Source: Octopus vulgaris
Lineage: Eukaryota
Direction: 5' to 3'
Assembly: GCA_951406725.2 (NCBI GenBank)
Contig: OX597823.1
Coordinates: 71,796,001 to 71,860,000, forward strand
Length of the DNA stretch: 64,000 nucleotides
The notes below the pieces were generated by a model. It was not told the DNA's origin. It saw nothing but the letters and a program-made list of their open reading frames with translations, and made no database searches. Shown piece after piece: positions 55,492-64,000 of this stretch. A program made the translations under genes and the position numbers. The first letter of the stretch is position 1. Every line of letters starts with the position of its first letter.

Positions 55492-55668
55492 TCGGTAGCC
55501 ACTACACATATTTTTTTCTCTCCTTGTTTTTTTCTGCGTCCCTTTCTGTAGAAGAGCGTAGGCTCGAAACGTAAAAGACTTTTTCTATTCCTGAGCGTTA
55601 TACTAATACATCTGTTTGTTTTGTACATCACCTGTCTTCGTCTTTTGTTTTTTTGTGAACTCTCCCCC
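55491..55668 (+). mobile_element. Penelope-like pLTR fragment with minimal hammerhead (core variant CUGUAGA)
   Basis: 55542-55577 reads CUUU-CUGUAGA-A-GAGC-GUAG-GCUC-GAAA-CG-UA-AAAG and lies between (TA)n tracts. Homologous to an inverted copy at 52943-53058. Confidence 0.65.
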
Positions 55669-55681
55669 TATATATATATAC

Positions 55682-55751
<70 letters not shown>

Positions 55752-55797
55752 AATATCATGAAAGCAACAAATGTGTGCAATGAAAGAAGTAACCTAC

Positions 55798-55886
55798 TGG
55801 GTGGTCACTGTCAAGTTCCGGTTCAAACTTCGTGAGAAGATGGGTACAGCTGTCTAGATCAGAGATATGTTTTGGATACCATATTT
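55798..55886 (-). CDS. TH: Tyrosine hydroxylase-like gene, internal exon (89 nt): [29 protein letters not shown]
   Basis: Minus strand reads ttccag|AA ATA TGG TAT CCA...GAC CAC CCA|gtaggt. Matches the TH catalytic-domain start ([30 protein letters not shown]). Phase 1 to 0, in frame with the next exon. Not in the supplied ORF track. Confidence 0.93.
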
Positions 55887-55935
55887 CTGGAAGAGAAATA
55901 CATATATATTAATATATATCAATATATCATTTATA

Positions 55936-55993
<58 letters not shown>

Positions 55994-56071
55994 ACACACA
56001 CACATCTATTAAGATTATAATATGCAAGTAGCTCAGAAAATGGGGTTTTAGCTTTCGGGAAAAATAACACG

Positions 56072-56131
<60 letters not shown>

Positions 56132-56249
56132 TATATAATTACATGTATATATACATAATATATATAAATTTATATAATAAGAATATACGTATGTGTGTAT
56201 AGATCTGTGTATATATGTATATTATACATTATATTTTATACTTTATGTA

Positions 56250-56289
<40 letters not shown>

Positions 56290-56940
56290 CATATATATAT
56301 AATTCATCGTCAGTAAAATTGACTAAGGGTCCAGAGTACACAAGCATTGCTAGAAATATGAGTTAAAAATTCTCTAAACACAAACAAAGCACTTGTTCTA
56401 TGTTCTGACAAAGGGAGACAACCTCTCCCCACCTCCCGTAAGCGAAAACATTATACTGCCAGGCTAATTTTGCATGAAATTAATGTTCATCAGTATTACT
56501 TACTCCATTGCTGGTGGCGAAGTTGAAATTGTCAATATTGATAGAATTTACCACAGGAATTAATGACTGATATATATATATATGTATATATTCATATATC
56601 TAAGAAGATATGCTTAGAGCTGCGAAATGCAAACGAGTTAAGATTATTCTATACATGTAGTGAAGTATATTTGTGCTATGTCGATGGATCTCTTCCGAGC
56701 TACTCGTGTTTCATGGTTGTTGCAACCATTCATTTATACAGGAACATCGTAACCAACCATAAAATTCCAAATAGCTAGAGAATAGATCATCCACTTTATG
56801 TATATTGAATGAAACATCATCAATGAGAAACCATATTGAAATCTGGTAAAAATGACAGATCCAGTACCATTCAATGCAAATTAAATTATAATGGAAATGA
56901 TAACCATCCATAGGATCTTCTTATTCAGGAGATTAAGAGT

Positions 56941-57329
56941 CTTTTTCTCTCTTTTCTCCGTCGGTTACGACGACGAGGGTTCCGGTTGATCCGATCAACG
57001 GAACAGCCTGCTCGTGAAATTAACGTGTAAGTGGCTGAGCACTCCACAGACACGTGTACCCTTAACGTAGTTCTCGGGGATATTCAGCGTGACACAGAGA
57101 GTGACAAGGCCGGCCCTTTGAAATACAGGTACAACAGAAACAGGAAGTAAGGGTGAGAGAAAGTTGTGGTGAAAGAGTACAGCAGGGATCACCAGCATCC
57201 CTGCCGGAGCCTCGTGGAGCTTTAGGTGTTTTCGCTCAATAAACACTCACAACGCCCGGTCTGGGAATCGAAACCGCGATCCTACGACCGCGAGTCCGCT
57301 GCCCTAACCACTGGGCCATTGCGCCTCCA
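56941..57329 (-). mobile_element. tRNA-derived SINE family D with 12-bp TSD
   Basis: Minus-strand head GGAGGCGCAATGGCCCAGTGGTTAGGGCAGCGGACTCGCGG...GGTTTCGATTCCC (A/B boxes). TSD GAGATTAAGAGT at 56929-40 and 57330-41. Related copy at 37670-38228. Confidence 0.88.
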
Positions 57330-58047
57330 GAGATTAAGAGTAATATGTCTTAAACAACGTCAGGTGTCAAAATTGTATGTTTTCAATAATATTTAAAAGT
57401 CAAATACGAAGGCTTGTGAATACAATGTGAATATTAGAGTATAGACGTGATTTTGATATTTTTGTTTGAAAGAAAACCAGGCCAGGATATCGGCAATGTT
57501 GTTTCGGGAGTCCAGTGACTAGAAGCTTAAAGTTCTTGGAAAATATATCTTATTCCCTTACTATATTATGGCAATGTTTGAAGACGTTGATATTTAGATA
57601 TATGTTAGATAACGCGCATACGTATACTTCTTTATCCAACTGTGTCCATAGCAAGGTAACATGAAGTAATCAGAAAAATAATAGCTTTACAAAGTCTACA
57701 AGCAAGAATACAAATCTCTTGATAGGAAATGCGTTATGCTCGTTGTAAAAGAGCTTTATCATAGCATGCTCCTTCGTTATAGTTATTACGTCTCAACTTG
57801 ACGCGTCTTAATATGAAGGGAAGAAAGTGTGTACTACATGAACTGGAAAGGAGAGAAGTCGTTTCGTCAATATTTCGTTGCAGAGAATTTTTAAAAGCTA
57901 ATGGATATAATGTTGCTTTCTGGTGAAAATTATATTTTCAGGTGTAACGAAACAATACAAGATTCAACTTATTTTTCAGGTTCTCTGATGTTAAATATAT
58001 AATTTTCAGGTCTCTCTCTCTCGCTCTACATATATATATATATATAT

Positions 58048-58100
<53 letters not shown>

Positions 58101-58110
58101 GTGAGAGAGA

Positions 58111-58147
<37 letters not shown>

Positions 58148-60887
58148 CTGAATACCTCAAAATAATTTATATAATTTACATTTGACGGATATATGTCCTC
58201 ATCTTAATATTGTCTTTATATAGATGTAACACCAACTGGATCACAGACGTTAGAACAATGCTTCATTGTGGTTCGCACCTGAGAAGTGTACAGAGTGATT
58301 GGAGGAGAGTGTGTGTGAAGAATTTTGTGGTTTTGAAGAAGAAAGTTTTGAAGAGAAATATGATTCAATTTTTGGTTATGTTGTGTATCTGCATTCTCCA
58401 GGTGAGATCATAAGTAGTGACGAGGGCCTAGTGTTGATAACAACTTCGAAAAATCAAGTTACTTTCTGTCGTGCGTAGTAGATACAATAATGTTTTCTTC
58501 ATTTGCGTAGTAATTGTACTTTAGTGCTGTTTAACGAGATTAGATTAACTTGATTGCATTAAAGGGCGTTATTTTGAAGTCTCAGTTCATATAGTGAGTG
58601 CTGATTTGGTAGATGTCTAGACTGCCACTTGGGGAAAAAGAGTGGCGAAAAATGATTATGACGTCAATTGAGTGGGAGCGATCGTTGATTGAGGTAACTT
58701 CACCAGTACACGCCATTATGGTGTGAGGAAACAGAAAGCTCCTGATCCAAGTGATGAACGTCAGCTTCAAACATTGTTGAACGTCGGTTTATAAAAGAAT
58801 GTAGCAAAGAGTAAATCATCAATTAAATGATTTAAACTCAGTTATTGTAAGTTGGCAGATTTACCTTTTCGATAGTAGTTATGAGTTATTTTAATGATTA
58901 TTCCTGTTAGAGGTAAGAAAGTCAAATTTAGTTAAGTAGTTGAATCGTTTGCTGATGAACCATGCATCCAGATTCTCTGCTGGCATTTCATCATATTTCT
59001 TGACAGGATACCTCAATCCACCTAGAGGTCAGATTTGATTCTGGGTTTCAACATCAGACAAGTGAAATCCAAACGTCTTTACATTTAATTCTCGATCTAA
59101 TTAAAGTCTACATCTAACGGTTATGGTGTATCGAAGGTAGTTTCACAACGACGTGGTTTCGGGTCGATCAAAGCATTGTAAGGTAAATTTATTAAACGGA
59201 AATTGTGTAGGAGTCTTTCAAAGGAACTGTTAATGCTCTTGGACGGTAGACTTAATTCATCTCTCATTGTAACATCGCCAGCACTCCACTGGGTGTTGTA
59301 AGCGGATTTAAATCTTTAAATCTTGCGTGCGAAGCCAACACTCTTCCATTTAATCAGTTTCAGAGGCCTTGAAAGTATTGAAAAGGACTACATATGTCCA
59401 CCCCTTAGAAAGGTTACTGAACATAAATAATAAATAAATGCCCAATGAAGTAAATCATACTCAGAGAATTCAAGTTTCTAGTGCTGGAGATTTTCTTTGC
59501 GCATACACTATATTATTTACATCTTATGAGACAAAGTCAATATATGTTCGAAGAGGCAGGAAACTTTGGACTTTATAAATTTCCAAAAACGTTAGCGGCG
59601 CAAGGAAAGTGAATTTCCACCAATGTAAAATCGAACCAGAATTAAAATCGTGTAATGCTTAGCAACTAGAATTTCATATAATAATATTTGGAAAATTTCT
59701 CAAGGTTTTGAAGTATAGTTGCTCTGAAGAATTTCACAGAATTCTTTAGAATTTTATTCTAAACAATTTCTTCAACATGAATTAGCATCAATAAACACAA
59801 ATTACGTCTATATTGTACCATATTAGCACCATCGAAATGACGCCTCACAAAAGGGTTTTTGAGACATAATTGTTCCAAGCATTTTATACAGAACTATTAT
59901 TTTTTTTCCTTTCATTTTCTGTCTCACGCACTGTTTTTCTCTCTTTCTGGTTGATAAAAAAACAGTATTAACATCTACCGAATTATTGTAATCTAGCCAC
60001 TATGCGAAAGTTCTTTACTCATTCTAATCAATAATGGTGATCTTATCTTTGACAACAAAAACAGAAACAGAACGCAAGCAATATTACGGCGCAAAAATTT
60101 ACGAACATTCGATACACGTTCACTTAATAACATATTATTACCGACGTTGGTTTTATTTCATTTCCTTCCTCTCTGATTTCTACACTATAAGTGGTCTATT
60201 AATAATGACAGTTATTACAGATCTATAAAACAAGAAAAACAAGAATCTTCTTTGATGTGGGATTATTCCCAATTGCAGCGGTAGTAACCTCCATCTCTTC
60301 GCATTTTCTCTTCCTCCAGTTTTTATTTTTCTACTTTTTCCTCAATTTTTTTTCCTTCTCATCATCAGTAACATAACAACAACATTAGTAATAAAAAGAA
60401 GAGCACACAGTATACGACCTGATTTTATATCAATGATAGCTTTCAGGTAGCGTATGAACATCACACTCTTTCTTTTTTCGGTGACAAATACAATCGAATA
60501 TCTGAGTGAATACTATAGAAAATAAACTGCTTGTAAGTCAAGTTCGTGACTGAGGTTCAATTTCGGATTAGGTCCAGTTTACTGGGTATATTTCTAATTG
60601 ACGTAACCCTAACCACTAATAATCATCTATGTAATTAATACAATTTAGCAAGTAATTGAAGAAAGTGGAGCAGATGAAGGGTATATTTCTGCCAGGCCGA
60701 AACTGCAACAACAAAACTCGTTATTAAAAGTCTACTAAGTTAGTAAAGGCTTTATCTTCATTTTCATTCTCTTTTATCTACGTAAATCTACCGGAAGATG
60801 TCACGGTTTTCTGCTGACCGTTTCCGCTTACTTAGTATTAAAGCGTTAACAAACACCTCTTCATTTCATTAGAGTGTATGTATGTAA

Positions 60888-60951
<64 letters not shown>

Positions 60952-61386
60952 CTGACTTAGTGTTTTATGGTTTACGTGTTTATATATTGTAAACATTTAT
61001 ATGGTCAATAAGCGCTTGTGGAGGAAATGTATGGAATAGTTACATGCGTGTGTAAGTAACTAGAAAATTAAATCTATACCGTACATTCAAGCAGATATCG
61101 ACAGAAGGCGACTAGCCGCCTCAAGGTTACATGCGCGAATGAACAGTATGGATTTATTCGTATCGTTGCCTACATAAACAGAAGCAAAAACACGCACAGA
61201 CATGCAAGACACACACACACACACATACACCTGCGCCCGCCCGAGCTCATTATCTATATTTTCATCTCCCCCTCTCTTTATATATGCACATCATATATAT
61301 ATATATTTAGTTATATATATATATAGTTTTATATATATAGTTATATATATATAGGTTTATATATATATATAGTATATATATATATA

Positions 61387-61426
<40 letters not shown>

Positions 61427-61516
61427 TATATATATATATATATCATGCGTATCTGAGCCACCCCTCTCTCCCACTCTCTCTCACTCTTTCAATGTCTTCA
61501 CATACACACAAATGCG

Positions 61517-61589
<73 letters not shown>

Positions 61590-61942
61590 ATGTTACATAA
61601 CGGGGCTTGCAATTCATAATGGAGAATAAAAGAAATTACACGAAGGCTGACATCTTGACAAAGGACATTAGCTATCTAAATAAATTGATATATCTACAAA
61701 CCTACTTCCCAAACTCGGCCGGTTTTGAGTGGTAGATATTACAGTGCTTATCCCAAGCGAGTGGTCACGTATTTCATATCTGGTGATCCCTAAATGCTCA
61801 TTGGTTTGGAAAGGTGGAGGGGGGGGATAGGAAGCATTTGTCTAAAAATAACTGTCACATTGAGTGGACACGACACACGGATTGGTCTACGTCTCGAAGG
61901 AACAGCACGTTTCTATTATAAAACTAAAACTTAACAATCATA

Positions 61943-61975
<33 letters not shown>

Positions 61976-62084
61976 TACTAGGTCGATTTAGTAATAGCGT
62001 TACTACTCACTGCAGTAATTAATCTATTACCATTGTAATTTTGAAGTGTATTGCGAACGTTGATAACATCATTAATTGTACTTA

Positions 62085-62495
62085 CATCATCATCATTGTT
62101 CGACCGTGGTCGAGACAATGGAATTTACTATGCTACGCCAGACTCCACGATCCATCATAGCATTACGGAGGTCCTGTTGCTGGATGCCTGTATCCCTGGA
62201 GATTACATCAGGGTAGGAGAGTGTACGCCCTCTGGTATCCCAGAGGGGAAGAGTAAAAATTGCCTCGTTTTCAGTTCTACAACAATGTCCAGCAAACTGG
62301 ATTCTCCCATCTTTCACAAGAGATGATACAGGTGGTAGTTTCCCATATATTTGTACTTTGGTTGGATGACGCTTCCGCGAGATATTTTGAGCTCTCATAA
62401 GGAGGTGAGTGTAAGTTCCATCCAACCGCCTCTCAAGCTTCTTTGATAACGTCAAGGCTTCTGAGCCATATAGTAGAATTGGTTCGACTGTTGTA
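62085..62495 (-). mobile_element. RTE-clade LINE 3' fragment
   Basis: VEPILLYGSEALTLSKKLERRLDG...RIQFAGHC...NAMMDRGVWRSIV* followed by a (TGA)n tail. Confidence 0.9.
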
Positions 62496-62532
62496 CTTAC
62501 ACTTCCACTCGTTATAGAATTTCCCCATGTGA

Positions 62533-62748
62533 AAGGAGCTGGTGCCACGTAAAATTCTCTGGTGATGGTGCCCCGAAAAAAGCACCTAGTATAATTTGCG
62601 GTGTGGTTGGTGTTAGAAAGGGCATCCAGCCGTAGAGACCAAACCAAAACACGCTATGGAACCTGGTGCGGCTCCTGACCTTTCCAGTTCCTGTCAAGCT
62701 GTCCAACCCTTGTCGGCATGGAAAACAAACGTTAAATGATGATGATGT
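62533..62748 (+). mobile_element. SINE/RTE-related repeat fragment with (TGA)n tail
   Basis: GGTTGGTGTTAGAAAGGGCATCCAGCCGTAG motif...GGCATGGAAAACAAACGTTAAATGATGATGATG. Confidence 0.6.
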
Positions 62749-64000
62749 TTCATGTGTGTGTGTGTGTGTGTGTGTATATGAAATGGTTAGTTTCCTGGAC
62801 TATTAGCTTGGAATCAGAACCTTAGGCTACACTTTTCTGTAAGTTTCTTTCCGTTGTTCTCGGCATTCGCACTTAGACATTTACGAGAATCAATTGTCAT
62901 ACTGCTTTCAAATTAGACAAGCCCTATTCTTTTGTTCAACATCTTTGGTAAAATTTAGTCCAACATAGATAAATGCATTCACATTCTTTGTTTTCCTGAC
63001 CTATTATCAGCTTTCGAACATGAACATACAGAACTCAGACAGATTTCTTCCTATCTTTCTGTTCGGCACTAAGCCAGAGGAAAATGCTCCTCTCTTTTAC
63101 GCAATATTTGACATAGCTAACATGTCTCTATTTTTTACCCGGAACTTGGCCAGTGGTACATGTGGTGTGCCTTTTCAGCAAAAATGTTGTTAAAAATGAA
63201 CAAAAACATATTTTTGAAATGTATTAAAATTGGAATCTTAATAAATTTTCTGTCAGTTTAGATGCTTGTTTAGAGTTTTGATTATGTAAACATTAGCATC
63301 ATTATAATAATAATTTAGAAGCCAATAGTTTGATTTACATTTTATTAGAACATTTTATGTGATTTAAAATTATAATGAAAATTCTATTTTACAAATGACA
63401 GTTTCGAATGAATTAAATAATTATGTGAACTGAATAAAAACGACATCAATGTCTATTGAAACATTACATATTAAATTTTTATATTTCCCAGGAATATTCG
63501 AGTTTACACTGGCGAACCGTTTCTGACACGTTAATCTTCGGGCAAACCTGCCTACCCATGGACTCCAATCGTCTCTCGCATTTTATATCAGAGAATTCCT
63601 TTCTCATCACACCATCACCATTTCGTTTGACCAATACTCTGGCATTCCTGGTGTGTCTTAAATTTCCATTTGTCCCCCACCACACGATATGTTTTTCCTA
63701 CTATACAACAGCAACCTACGTGTTTCTTTATCTTTTCTTTGCTCAAGCAAGGCCCATAGGCTAGTTTAGATGTATAATTTCTAGGAAATAGTGTGTGACG
63801 TTATTGTTATAAGCTCTCCATACTAATGTATATTTAAGGTGATAAATAAAGAATGATAATAAAATAATAAATGATTGAAATACGGTGAGATAAGAACTGA
63901 TAAAAGGACTGATGGAAAGAAAATGAGATAAACACGGTGTCAATAAAGAAGTTAATGAAACGAAGCTAACAATTGATGAAAATATGATGAAAATATAAAA

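Noticed and set aside
56504-56566. AG...GTAAGT-bounded segment as an upstream TH exon
   Set aside because: The frame needed to join the phase-1 exon at 55886 contains a stop, and there is no ACT-domain similarity.
57255-57329. tRNA gene candidates (also about 37123-37195 and 53273-53345)
   Set aside because: These are tRNA-like heads continuous with SINE bodies and bounded by TSDs.
63456-63764. ORFs near the window end as TH regulatory-domain exons
   Set aside because: No HxESR-like ACT motif or convincing splice sites were recognised.

Overview
Eukaryotic, AT-rich genomic DNA saturated with microsatellites. The SINE/LINE repertoire and repeat density suggest an octopus/coleoid cephalopod (inference, not confirmed by search). 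The only host gene recognised is a tyrosine hydroxylase (TH)-type aromatic amino acid hydroxylase on the minus strand. Six GT-AG exons (55886-55798, 52346-52279, 50914-50864, 36138-35993, 35082-34947, 33475-33349; 89/68/51/146/136/127 nt) splice in frame into the catalytic domain, including the HELLGH iron-binding motif. Its 5' regulatory exons and last three expected exons were not found in the window. The rest is intronic or intergenic: at least four tRNA-derived SINE families (several with target-site duplications, TSDs), R4/Dong-type RLE LINE fragments in microsatellites, an RTE fragment, Tc1/mariner/pogo MITEs, Helitron/Helentron non-autonomous elements, and fold-back inverted repeats. 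The most notable observation is a 475-bp x2 tandem repeat at 54486-55460 inside a TH intron. Each monomer carries a type I hammerhead-ribozyme fold, so it looks like a retrozyme/Penelope-pLTR-like circular-RNA retroelement. Several other degenerate hammerhead or fold-back remnants also sit in (TA)n tracts. Most ORFs in the supplied track are microsatellite artefacts.
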